Origin: Tubulanus polymorphus
Lineage: Eukaryota > Animalia > Nemertea
NCBI RefSeq assembly: GCF_964204645.1
Contig: NC_134034.1
Coordinates: 1,674,072-1,738,071, forward strand
DNA: 64,000 nt
Direction of reading: 5' to 3'
Below, piece by piece: positions 13,801 to 25,571 of the stretch. The stretch's first letter is position 1, and every line of letters starts with the position of its first letter. Under the pieces are notes generated by a model, which worked only from the letters and a program-made list of their open reading frames with translations, had not been told where the DNA came from and ran no database searches. Position numbers and translations under genes: made by a program.

Positions 13801-15050
13801 CTGCAAATACAATATAATGAAAGAATGAAATGAATCAAAAGAATGAATTCGTATTTTCGTCGTATCGCGACATTGAGGGTAACATCGATCCTGCTTAAAT
13901 TTCATTTTTCTTGTATTTCCAACATCTCAAAGTATCAAATTAGGCAGCCTACAAAATTAACCCCAATCAGTTATTTACCGGTTCAAAAAATAATAATTTC
14001 ATTTTTTGCGATCGGTGGGTTGAAGGGAACTAGATACATCGAAGCTGCTAATGAATCCCCGAGTAGCGCTAAGTGGGTTCGGGGTGGAAAGAAGAGGCTT
14101 CTATTAACTCTAGTGCAGACTGCTAAAGATGTCATACATTGACACGTGTGTGTGAGTTAAAATAATTCGTTTCGACTGAAAAGAAACTCCAGTTCCACTG
14201 GTATATGGGGTACCATTAGAATTCAAAGTTAAATTAAACCCACACAACTGTAGAACTGGATTCGTAGTCAAATCAAACCCATAAATCGTGGAACTTGGTT
14301 CATAGTCAAATAAAACCCACACAACTGTGGAACTGGATTCAGAGTCAAATAAAACCCACACAACTGTGGAACTGGATTCAGAGTCAAATCAAACCCATAA
14401 ATCGCGGAACTTGGTTCATAGTCAAATAAAACCCACACAACTGTGGAACTGGATTCAGAGTCAAATAAAACCCACACAACTGTGGAACTGGATTCAGAGT
14501 CAAATCAAACCCATAAATCGTGGAACTTGGTTCATAGTCAAATAAAACCCACACAACTGTGGAACTGGATTCAGAGTCAAATCAAACCCATAAATCGGGG
14601 AACTTGGTTCAGAGTCAAATAAAACCCACACAACTGTGGAACTGGATTCAGAGTCAAATTAAACCCATAAATCGTGCAACTTGGTTCAGAGTCACAATAA
14701 AACCCACACAATCTCCCCACACAACCTCCCCACACAACCTCCCCACACAACCTCCCCACACAACCTCCCCACACAACCTCCCCACACAACCTCCCCACAC
14801 AACCTCCCCACACAACCTCCTGCATGTACAATTAACTGACGCAAATAAACATTATTCATAGCTCTAATAACCTCCACTGTAATAGCCCTCTATATATTCT
14901 ATCGACCTATGATTGTTTTATTGCCCAGAATCAAATGAGTCCCATTGAAGATTTATCTGGTAAGACTATCATACCTTCTCTTACTGCTAATCCACCCCTC
15001 ACTAGGACTAGTAGCAATAATAACGCCACATTCCATACAACAGCGGCCAT
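7834..15050 (-). CDS. Type I membrane protein: signal peptide, 2 F-type lectin (fucolectin/FTP) domains, FN3, receptor-PTP-like juxtamembrane domain, TM, short tail (about 657 aa)
   Basis: Exons (5'->3') 15050-14975 (MAAVVWNVALLLLLVLVRGGLAVRE), 13800-13567, 12777-12541, 11968-11720, 11042-10806, 10337-10219, 9870-9690, 9457-9343, 8931-8667, 8481-8306, 7918-7834(TAA); all GT-AG and in phase. FTL motifs GNDGN..SCTHT..WWMVDL..NRVDCCEDRL and NRGDCCDYRL..GRY..LT(I/M)CEV; FN3 LSWNAP..LTPSSWY; stalk FVVGDGKNYGGFWNSPL; TM ALVFGLLLGVVVLAFIISVIY. Confidence 0.88.
11190..11555. repeat. Intronic tandem repeat, about 109-bp unit x3.3
   Basis: ACATTTTATCAGCACACTTTCAAAA recurs at 11193, 11304, 11413 and 11522; a diverged copy lies at about 10440-10600. 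Confidence 0.9.
12101..12209. mobile_element. MITE, PIF/Harbinger-like
   Basis: TIRs GGCCCGGTTTTATATAC / GTCTATAAAACCAGCCC with a CAG duplication on both sides. Confidence 0.7.
14225..14820. repeat. 39-bp minisatellite (family A) followed by a 13-bp (CCCCACACAACCT)n array
   Basis: Unit GAGTCAAATAAAACCCACACAACTGTGGAACTGGATTCA; the 13-mer array (about 14703-14820) is built from the CCCACACAAC part of the same unit. Confidence 0.9.
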
Positions 15051-16551
15051 TTTGTTTTTAGCCAGAAGAAAACGAATTCCGCTCGTTCAAAACGCAAATA
15101 TCCAATCTCAATATAGGAACGATACTTTTCAATTGGAGTAAAAGATAAACGGTTATTATTTGTGTCACAGTTAGAAACGGATGTTTGCATCTGAGCTGAT
15201 ATACATTTAATTACATTCATAAACCGGTTCACATACATCAAACTGTTTTATCTTCACTTACTATGTGATCTCTATAGACACTACGGAAAAAAGGTGATGG
15301 CCTTCGTAATTCCCCCTATGACGTCATTGAACTGTAATATATCCCAATCCCCCTATGACATGATCAAATGAATAGGTCTATAAAACTTCTCGAAAATGTG
15401 ATGCTCTCCATTAACCCCCCTATGACATCATACCATTATCTAGGTCACGTAGTTATCTGAAAGACCCCACGTAAAGAAGATGGCTACCTTCGTAGATCCA
15501 CCTTCGACGTCATCAAATTGCTAAGACATCTAAATGATTGCCAGTTATATTTTGAAACTGAAAATAAAAAAAAAATGACAACTTCCCCCTATGACATGGC
15601 AATAAACACGGCTAATGAAATTGATCGTTTTTGTGGTTTCGGATATGACGTCACACGGCAGATGGAACCGACGCTTTGCGGGGGGTCGGATCAAAAGATT
15701 CGCGGGCGGATATAAAAGTTTGAAATGAATTGAAAGAAGATAGCAATCATCTACAGAGATGGGTAAAGAGAGGGAGAAGGGGAGAGAGAGCAAAAGTAGC
15801 TTAGAGATTATAATTCGCTGTAATTAACGATCTTTTTGAAATCCGTTTTTAAGCGAAAAGCGGCCGCGCGTGGGTCGCGTTTTCCTCGTGTTCTCAGAGC
15901 GGCGCAGATAAAACGCCGCGGGCTAGGCAACCGTCGTAAGCACACGTGAACTACTTAAATCCGCCGGTTCTTTCGGTAAATCAGATTCGAATCGAGGGGA
16001 GTTCTGTGGCGCTGCTTTGATGATTAATCATCGGTCGTTCGAACGCGGAATCTACGAAAGCGACTGCGGCACGCGAGTGCGGAGTGTGTGTGTACTGTAT
16101 CAATTAACAGCGACGGATATTAAAACGATTGTTGTTAACGCTGATTTCCGTCAGATAGTCCTGGTTTAATAAATTCGCCCGAGTAAAGCGTGTTGACTTT
16201 GACGGGATCTACTCGCGGTGGTAAACACCGTGTATATATATAGGGAGGGATATTGATGTTTGAGCGGACTAGATACGCACGACACTTCCGCTTCCGCTAA
16301 ATGGCACCTCCTTTGTGCGAACTGTGGGGTTGTTTTATATCCCGAGGGGGCAGTTCAAAATCTCTTTGCTATTTCACAACGTACGTTATAGTATCAAAGA
16401 TAGATTGAGGGAATCTCCCTCTAAAAAGAGAAAAAGGATGGAAAACTACGTCCTTAAAAACTATATGCCCTGGGGCAAAGTTTATTCGTGAATTGTATAC
16501 GAACAATCGTGGGAAAGGTCAAGATTGAATTCAAAAAGTTTAGAATTTTGA

Positions 16552-16679
16552 TGACGATTTCACCTGACGATGATCTCTTGGGTGAGATCGAAACGTCGTG
16601 TCTTTTAAATATTTTAGATTTAGTAAATTAATTCTGGTTTTTAATTCTTTTAATCTGTAAATAGTGGGATTTCATCTTA
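16552..16679 (+). mobile_element. Short Penelope-like insertion with a hammerhead motif at 16561-16600
   Basis: CAC-CTGACGA-T-GATCTC-TTGGGT-GAGATC-GAAAC-GTC-GTG; 12-bp TSD TTAGAATTTTGA at 16540-16551 and 16680-16691; homologous to 48007-48289. Confidence 0.8.
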
Positions 16680-16732
16680 TTAGAATTTTGAATTTAAAGA
16701 AAATGATCGGTAGGTTAAGTGGAAAAAGTAGT

Positions 16733-16804
16733 CTCCCCGGCCGGGAATCGAACCCGGGTCTCGCACGTGACAGGCGCGGATACTCACCACTATACTACCG
16801 AGGA
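16733..16804 (-). tRNA. trnD-GUC: tRNA-Asp(GUC)
   Basis: TCCTCGGTAGTATAGTGGTGAGTATCCGCGCCTGTCACGTGCGAGACCCGGGTTCGATTCCCGGCCGGGGAG; cloverleaf, A/B boxes, T5 terminator. Confidence 0.97.
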
Positions 16805-19504
16805 CTGATTGAGCGTTCAAGTGGACTTTTGAGCAAAATTGTTAACAGCTGGGCAAACGACAGCGATTGCCGCTCTGGTGACGGCGTCGAATACGTTTTG
16901 ACGAATTTGACTGAATCGTTGAAGTCATTGTAAATAGAGAGGGACTGACTCGTCAATCGAAAAATTGAATTCGTCTTTAGCGAATAATGAAAATTTTAAC
17001 GGTGAATTCAAAAACCGACGAATCTCTCGACGAAAATGATTCTGAAATCTAGCAGACAACTTTGCAAATAAAACCCGAGACGTATTTTATCGCTGTTGGT
17101 CTCAACTTTAATTCGCGACCGGCTTGTTTGACGTTTAATCTCGGTAATTAGTTTGTCTAGCTGTGTTTACCCCCGAATTAGATTTTTTTCGAATCTAATC
17201 ACGTGGTATTTAAGCGTCACGCACGGCGTGCAGCGTGACCTTGACATTGGCCTGACCTCGCCGTTGAGGGTGTCGTCTGATCCGAATACGAAAAAAGTGA
17301 ATTCTCTCGATTTTCGTATTCATGAGTTTAACGTATATTCTCGACCGCTCTGAGACAGGCCTTCGCGCACCGTTTGAAGTGAGACGCGCGGGGGATTTGG
17401 CGCCGTGCACCGCAGTCGTTTGACCGCGGGTTTATAGAGTTAATACTCTCTCTCTGAGCACTTCTCTAGACTTCGCGGAAACCTTATACTAAATTAGAAC
17501 CGATTTAATCAAACTTTCTTCGAGGTTATGGGGTCTCTTAGCACGACACAATATCTGCTGCAGAGACAACACGTATATACCTCGATATATATTTAGTTTT
17601 AAAGTAATACAATAAGTAGGAGATAATGTTGTTATTAGTATCGATGGTTCCACGTTGAAACGACGGTTGAGTTGAACGTGGAATTAGTGCGGATTCACGT
17701 ACAACAAACTGTGATCATTAATTCAACGTTGGAACAAAAATGTTGAAGTCATGCGAGGCATCTCATCGTCCAAAACAACCTTATTAACCTCAATATAACA
17801 TTGAATTTCAGCATCGTTGCAATGTAAATTAAACTTTGTCTGGTTTAAGTCTATAGACCCTTCCAGACAAGATGTCTGCCTCCACAGATTCCCCCTATGA
17901 CATCATGAAATTGCTAACCAGCAAAGTGATCGGATTAGCCGGTATAAAACACAGGAAGGATTCGAACAATCAATACTGGTAACATCCGGTACGTGACACA
18001 GTTAATAGGATTATACGTCTGTTTATGTGAGTGTGGGGGCACCTGACGTGTAGGGGATTTCATTAATGTCGGTCCTGGGACCCTGTGACTCATCTGAACT
18101 TTAATGCGTCCCTGACTATCCCGCCTAGTGTCAGATCCTTGTTTCAAAGTCGAAATAAAATCTACTTTATTCCCAATTCTAACATTTAGCCCTTGACATC
18201 CCTATTTTTGACGAGGGCTCCTTTAAATACATGGGTCTTATCAAAGCTAACGACCTTCAAATTTCGCCTATGCTGAATTCAATATGTATGGTGGCTGATT
18301 TGGGCCATACTAGAAATAATTTCTGTATGGCTAAAGGCACGATGAAAGATTTTTGCAGTGTCAGATTTTTTTTTTCATTTTGCCACCATCCATATCCGAT
18401 GCCCTTTTTTCGTTCCGGACTGGTGTGTTCGTAAGGCACACAACAAATGAAATCAATCAAATAGATTGGAGGGAGAATCATCACTATTTCAAGATGAACA
18501 TATACTTTCAGCCCAGCCTTCAGACCCAGCCCGCGCTTGTCAATATAGACCAGAATCAGTTCTAAACAGTTATTTATATAAGTTGTGAAAAATACCATTT
18601 TGAAAGAGAAAGATAATACAGTAAGAAAATTGAAAAAAAAGATTTATATCTGGTTTTTGAAAATGTTATTTCTAATAAATTACGAATTATGTGTTGATTC
18701 TGTAGATTCAAATTTCAAATATAACGGGCAGTAACGGTGATTTATGGTGATTGAGGTTTATTCACTTTTTCGTTTACCTCAACCTTTGCTTGCTCGCATT
18801 GGCGCGATAACTGAAATTGATGGTCGACCATATTCTATAGATAAAATCTCCCGAATAATTTCCCAGGCAGTCTTAGAGAATATTCTCGATTTCGATTCTA
18901 GATGAAAAATGGCCCCCGCAACTGAGACTATAAACTATAGTTTAAATATACACGTGTACTCAATGCGTTAACGTTTGATTTTCCAGCGTTAACGCTTCTC
19001 TCAAACAGTAAACATCCAGCGTTTGGACGGAGTGGCGTCGTATAAATACGCGTCCGCGAACAATAAGCAATAAACACGTAGGGAACGTGTCAAATCGACG
19101 TCAACGGCTTCGATTGTTACAATAAACGATGCTTTTAGCGATAGTCGTAATGGCGGCAAGTGTCATTGTTGTATATCTCCATAGAGATATAAACGCTATT
19201 AAAAGGCAGACGATCGCCGTCGTCGTAATAAATATCGATATAAACCGTTATGAGGCGTATATCTATTGTACTTACCGGCGGCTCGAGTCAGGTGCCTTCC
19301 TCTCTCTCCTCTCTCTCTCCTCTCTCCCATTTTATCCTCTCCATCACATTCCCTGTCCCCTCCCTCCACTCCCATCAACACAGTTCGTTTATGATTCCTT
19401 TTAATTCGTTACCTAACCATTCAGGACAAAGTTCCGAGGTTTTTCGTTTGATTGAACCGAAAACTCGGTCAAAATCATTTCATCTTCAATTTCTTTTAAT
19501 CAAA

Positions 19505-19790
19505 AATCAAATCAAACCCTCGCAGCTGCAGAACTGGATCCATAGTTGAATTGAGTCAAACTGTGGAGCTGGATTCTGAGTCAAATTAAACCCGAACAGC
19601 TGTGGAACTTGGGTTTAGAGTCATATTAAACCCACACAACTGTGGAAATGGATTCTGAGTCAAATTGAACCCACAGAACTGCGGAACTGGGTTCGGAGTC
19701 AAATTGAACCCACAGAACTGCGGAACTGGGTTCAGAGTCAAATTGAACCCACAGAACTATTGAACCTGCATTCGGAGTCAGATTAAACCA
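19505..19790. repeat. 39-bp minisatellite (family A)
   Basis: About 7 copies of GAGTCAAATT(A/G)AACCCACA(C/G)AACTG(T/C)GGAACTGG. Confidence 0.88.
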
Positions 19791-20628
19791 TATCATCACA
19801 AATCAATATATTTATATCTTGCGCGAATGATTTTAAGCGTTTTCGAAAGTTTTAACCGTTTCCGGTCGAACTCCGATGTATCACGCGGGTTTGAAGAACC
19901 CCGCCGCGCACTGCGCAGTGTTGATGAGAGCATTAGCGGTGATTCGACTGAAGAATGATTCGTTAATGATTCGACTCGGGTGCAAACTTTTTTATTCCCT
20001 TCAAAAATTCTCCACTCGATTATTTTTCTTTTTTCCACATCAGCAGTATCAGAAACTCAGTTGGAGGGTTTTCTTGTAACGGATATGTTTTCAGCTATCG
20101 TTAACTGTGTTCTATTTTTTTTTTTCACGCTGATAGGGGTTTGTCTAACGAGAGAGCGCGATTGAAAATGAATGCGCGTGATTTGGTTTCCTTGTGTAAA
20201 AACTGTATTTTACGGTACGACGGATAGTTACAAAGATCGCCCGGGCTGACGGAAGAGAAGGGATACGAGGAGAGTGAGGGAGAGAGGAGAGAGGAAAGAG
20301 GGACAGAGAGGAGAGGGGAGAGTGAGACAGGGAGGAGAGGGGAGAGAGGGAAATAGGTAGAGAAGGAGAGGCCAGAATGGAAGATAGAGATGGAGCGCAT
20401 TCAGAGTCGAGAATAGAAAAAAGGAAATATAGGATAGGGGGCGAGATGAGAGTAAGAGAAAGAGGGAGAGAAATAAAAGAGGGAGTGAGCCGGAGAGAAG
20501 AGGAGAGAGGAGAGATAAATATGGAGAGAGCGAGGGGGTGGAGAAAGGAGAGGACATGGAAGGTTAAGGTAAGAGAGAGGGAGGCAGGAGAGAGAGGAGT
20601 GAGGTAAGGGGAGAATGTGAGGTCGGGG

Positions 20629-20912
20629 TGTTATATATATCAGAATCATTTCATCTAATCTATAGAGATAACTGTCCAATAAGACGAGTGCTCAGGACAC
20701 ACGACCAGATCAATCGGGAAGTCCTGTTAACTGGTCATTATGGTGACTGATTCGAACTGATGACCTATGTCAAGCTCTGACTAGTCAAGTAGGTATAAAA
20801 CCCAGACGTGCCCGTCTCTCGCTCTTTAGTCCTTATACTATATTCTGGTTTCACCTGCTGCAAGACCCTCGCTCGCGTATAAACTCCTAGATTAAACAAT
20901 CTTGCCATTAAC
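20629..20912 (+). mobile_element. Possible solo LTR
   Basis: TGTTA...TAACA ends, internal TATAAAA and ATTAAA near the 3' end; no TSD found. Confidence 0.3.
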
Positions 20913-21929
20913 AATTACCGTTCGCCGATCACGTGCAGCTTAATCTGTACTTCGATTCCCGATTTCAAAATCAACACCTCCCGTTTCGATCCCGGCACGC
21001 GTGGTGCGTTTGTAAAGAGACACCAAACCAAACAAATCTACCAATCAAATCAGGGTCAATCCTTGTATTAAGAACAACCGTTCATCCAGTCTGGCCTGGA
21101 AGTGGTTGTTCCCACAGCGATCTCCTTCGCTCTCTACAATCCTATAGATGGTAGTCCATCAGGCACAAAGGTCTTTAGTGAACAACAACCGAAGTTTCTC
21201 ATTCCTGAATTCTTGGACTCTGCATCAGTATCTATAGAGCGAATATCAAACGGGAACGACTTAAAAACCAGCGTTTTTGAAGTAAATGTTTCTAATAATC
21301 GAATTATCGACAAAGAACTGAAAAATCAAAGCTGCACCAGTTCTTTATTATGCGGCAGTACTTCACACGGTTAGGTCGTCTGACTGCGTGTGTCGGTGCT
21401 ATTCGGCTAGAGAGATTTATTAGATTAGTTACAACCCTCGTCCGGCGTGTCATTGCCAATCTAATTACACGTGACAGTTCACGGCGTAAGCCACCTAAAA
21501 AATCAAACCAATTAGTTAATTACCGGCGATACGACGACGACGACGACGACGACGACAAGCTCTTTCTTTCGGGAGAACGAGGAGTGTCCTCCGCTGCCAG
21601 GGACGGACGTGTCACTGGCGTATTGAATATCAATAAAGTTAGTTCTGTGGTCATCTCTGCGTAGTATCGAATACCGATAAGTCAGAAGTTGGTGACAATA
21701 TTGACCCCGCTGTCGGTGTTGTGAATGCGACGGTTGTGTCCGATTGATCGACCATCAGCAGTTGACTTTACGCGCTACACGCAGGGGGGGTGACTCAAAG
21801 GTTTCCCCGTGGGAATCAGCAAATAGTTAAAAGTATCGGAAACGTGGTAGTAGGAAAAATACTTTTGTTTATAAGAGAAAGAGTAGAACTAATAGATTGT
21901 TGAGGGCTCGAAAGTCGACTGTGGCGATC

Positions 21930-22280
21930 GAGGATTCTACTTGTGGCAAGTGAGAATCAACCAGGTGTCGCTTGTGCGCAGTAGGACATCAACTACTGCG
22001 GCAATAGAGGATTCCACTTGTGGAAAGTGAGGATCCACCAGGTTTTGCTTGTGTGCAGTAGGACATCACCTACTGCGGCAATAGAGGATTCCAATTGTGG
22101 AAAGTGAGGATCCACCAGGTGTCGCTAGTGTGCAGTGGGACATCAAACTCCGGAAATAGAGGAGTCCACTTGTGACAAGTGAGGATCCACCAGGTGTCGC
22201 TAGTGTGCAGTAGGACATCGACTTCTATCAAGGATTCTGCGTGTGGCAAGTGAGGAACCACCAGGTGTCGCTAGTGTGCA
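21930..22280. repeat. Tandem repeat, about 77-bp unit x4.5
   Basis: GAGGATTCCACTTGTGG(C/A)AAGTGAGGATCCACCAGGTGTCGCTAGTGTGCAGTAGGACATC; single or partial copies at about 5470, 31441 and 58627 (reverse). Confidence 0.88.
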
Positions 22281-22739
22281 TCGGGGCTGCGATGCCGGAA
22301 TTATCCTCAGATTCAATTAAAATCTATCCATTTATAAATTTGACAAATCCAACGATTGACGAGATCAAAACCGAATATCTAATCTGATTTTTTTTCGATG
22401 TTGGAGGCTAAATATATCCAGATGAAAATTGATATCGTCCTCATTAAACAAACAGTGTCTATTAATAATGCATAATTCGTCTGACACGACGACCACCCTT
22501 GCCACAGCCGCTGACGACAGTTCAGCCGAGAATTTTCATTCCAGACAGTTCCGTCTTTTTTGCGTGATAAGAACCTGATAAAAAGTAGAACGGAACGACC
22601 TTTATACCGTGTAAGCCTGTTGATGTTCGGCCGATGGCGGTAATTAGTGTGATTGAATCTATTAAAGTTAATTGCGTTCGCGCACAGTCACGTGACTAAC
22701 CGTCGGTTTTCCTCATGATCAAGACTCCATAAGAAAAAA

Positions 22740-23312
22740 AGACTTTACCGGTTACAACTTTACCGCAGTAAGAGACAGAGCCTACTGTATTTCATAAACT
22801 CTTACTCAGTATTTGATACCAACTCGGAGCAGAATTTTACCAGTCTCAACTTTACCGCAGTAAGAGACAGAGTCTACTGTATTTCACAAACTCTTACTCA
22901 GTATTTGACACAAACTCGGGGTAGAATTTTACCGGTCTCAACTTTACCGCAGTAAGAGACAGAGTCTACTGTATTTCACAAACTCTTACTCGGTATTTGA
23001 CACCAACTCGGGGTAGAATTTTACCGGTCTCGACTAAACGCAGTAAGAGGCGGAGTCTACTGTATTTCACAAACTCTTACTCGGTATTTGACACCAACTC
23101 GGGGTAGAATTTTATCAGTCTTAATTTTACCGCAGTAAGAAGCAGAGTCTATTCTATTTCACAAACTCTTACTCAGTATTTGACACCAACTCGGGGTAGA
23201 ATTTTACCGGTCTCAACTTTACCGCAGTAAGAGACAGAGTCTACTGTGTATTTCATAAACTCTTACTCAGTATTTGGCACCAACTCGGGGTAGAATTTTA
23301 TCGGTCTCAACT
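22740..23312. repeat. Tandem repeat, 92-bp unit x6
   Basis: ACCGCAGTAAGAG at 22762, 22854, 22946 and onward; a partial copy lies at about 38270-38360. Confidence 0.92.
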
Positions 23313-23720
23313 TAATGAATTAATATTAATTAATATGAGGTTCGCCCCTCCCCCTCCTGTCCTTCCTCGTGTACTTCACGGGGAGGTACTCTTAATTCGT
23401 TCGCTATACCAACGAGTTATAATAGTTTTATTGCGCTTCCTTCCTGTTGTGGTTATAATTGGATAATTACATTTGAGTTTATTGGGTATTTCATGCGGTG
23501 ATTATGGGCAAGAAGCGTGTTGACAGAGATCATGACAAAATAGAATTTCAGTAGATCTTTATCTTTTACCTGGTTTCGATCTAAAGACACTTCGAGATAT
23601 AAAGCCGTTTTTCACTTTGGTCGTATTCTAAACTGGATCGCCCTCCTCGCGATGTCATCGGGTTCGAATCCCTGGAAGTGGCTTTTCTAGATCAGTGTTC
23701 AGTTGATCTGCAACTCTTAC

Positions 23721-24689
23721 CTGTCTTCAACGAGTAGATAGAATTCGCCCAGACGCCTCCGCACATTTCATCAGCGTTTCCACGACAGTAACTGGAACAA
23801 GACGACTCTTTTAACGGGCCGTGCTTTCCGTACGAGTCTCCGCAAAAGCACTCGTAGCTGTACTGTAAACCAGCGTACGCGAAATCTACATAGAATTTTT
23901 AAAAACAAATTTTTGCTCGTGTTTCGTTTCTTTATGAAATCAGAAATTGAATAAGTATTTTGTTTTGAAATATGTTGAACAAATTCTTACTCAATCGGAG
24001 ACACACAGAGATGCACACAGACGCGGTTAGGTCTTCGCGGAAATAGCTTACATGGCCATCAAGGTCTCTGTTCCGATCATCCTTAAAGCAACCAATATAC
24101 TCAACTGAAATAATACATTCAAAGAATTGATCCAGTTCTACAGTTGTGTGGGTTTGATTTGACTCTGAACGCAGTTCCACAGTTGTGTGGGTTTCATTTG
24201 ACTCTGAATCCAGTTCCACAGTTGTGTGGGTTTGCTTTGGCTGTGGACCCAGTTCCACAGTTCTGTGGGTTTAATTTGACTCTGAACCCAGTTCCACAGT
24301 TGTGTGGGTTTGATTTGACTCTGAACCCAGTTCCACAGTTGTGTGGGTTGAATTTGACTCTGGATCCAGTTCCACAGTTGTGTTGGCTAAATTTGACTCT
24401 GGATCGAGTTCCACAGTTGTGTTGGTTTAATTTGACTCTGGATCCAGTTCCACAGTTGTGTTGGCTAAATTTGACTCTGGATCGAGTTCCACAGTTGTGT
24501 GGGTTTAATCTGACTCTGGATCAAGTTCCACAGTTGCGTGGATTCAATTTTAACCAACACCTATGCGAAGCAAATGCTGATATAGTATATCTTTTTAGAA
24601 CTTAACTTACACGAAACATTCGACGCCCAGTTCGGTAGAATTCCTAGCGTAAAATAAACAACCATCGTGCCAACAGCAAAATTCCTCAT
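23721..24689 (-). CDS. Signal peptide + WSC carbohydrate-binding domain exons; 3' continuation unresolved
   Basis: Exons 24689-24611 (MRNFAVGTMVVYFTLGILPNWASNVS), 24104-23991 and 23885-23721: EYIGCFKDDRNRDL..LTASVCISVCLRLNFAYAGLQYSYECFCG..CSSYCRGNADEMCGGVWANSIY (all 8 WSC cysteines). Ends on a phase-1 GTAAG donor. Confidence 0.88.
24130..24552. repeat. 39-bp minisatellite (family A, reverse orientation) filling the first WSC intron
   Basis: About 11 copies of CCAGTTCCACAGTTGTGTGGGTTTAATTTGACTCTG; the 153-aa ORF here is a repeat artefact. Confidence 0.92.
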
Positions 24690-25571
24690 TCTTGCCGTAG
24701 GTTATTTCAACGAATTCAAAAACTGCTCTTGTCGTCGAGAACTTGAACCCCAAAAAGGCTATTCATGAAATCTACCGTCGCAGTATCTTTATCAGTGTTA
24801 TTGTGTAAAAGCAACTCGTCGTGCGGGAAACTAACGATTGATTGAAGACCTAGTTTTTGCTGCATGTAGTACTGCCTGTCTTAAACATTAGAATCGGCCG
24901 ATTTCTTTTAATCGTGACCCACGCGGTTTCACCGACTGTTAAGAATTATTTACAATCCATGACCAAAATTAAACACCCCCGATAGATCGTGTCAGATCAA
25001 AATTAAGAGGAAACTCCGCCGCCAGTTTCTTTCAGGGGTGCGGCAGGAGCGTGTTGGTAGCCCTACTATATAGCGATGCCGCACAATAAGAGTTAGGTAG
25101 GGGTGCGGCAGGAGCGTGTTAGTAGCCCTACTATATAGCGATGCCGCACAGTAAGAGTTAGGTAGGGGTGCGACAGGAGCGTGTTTGTAGCCCTACTAGA
25201 TAATCTTTCGTCTATTAACCTTTTTAATGACATTTTCGAAATCGTTTTAGTACACATGCCCCAGTTTGCCCCACTTTTTGGTAATCCTCCAATACCGCAG
25301 TGTAAAAGCGATATAAAAGCGATGGTTCCTTTCATTGGTCATAATTAAGACCTTTTTGCGGTAAATCGTATTAGGAATTCATTTCTTATTCACACACCAG
25401 TCAATCCCGAATATGGAAACATATACTCTTAAACGTGTATACAATATTTACAACACAATTATTTACAGCAGTTGAGCTAAGTGGTTTGTTGGATTTTTTC
25501 GCTTGTTGGATCCTTTCAGATATTTAGGTTATCGAAAGTGTTCTAATTCAGATTTAAGTCGAGTATACAAT

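Noticed and set aside
16664-16933. ORFs containing [24 protein letters not shown] (also 49031-49240)
   Set aside because: Antisense translation of tRNA-Asp.
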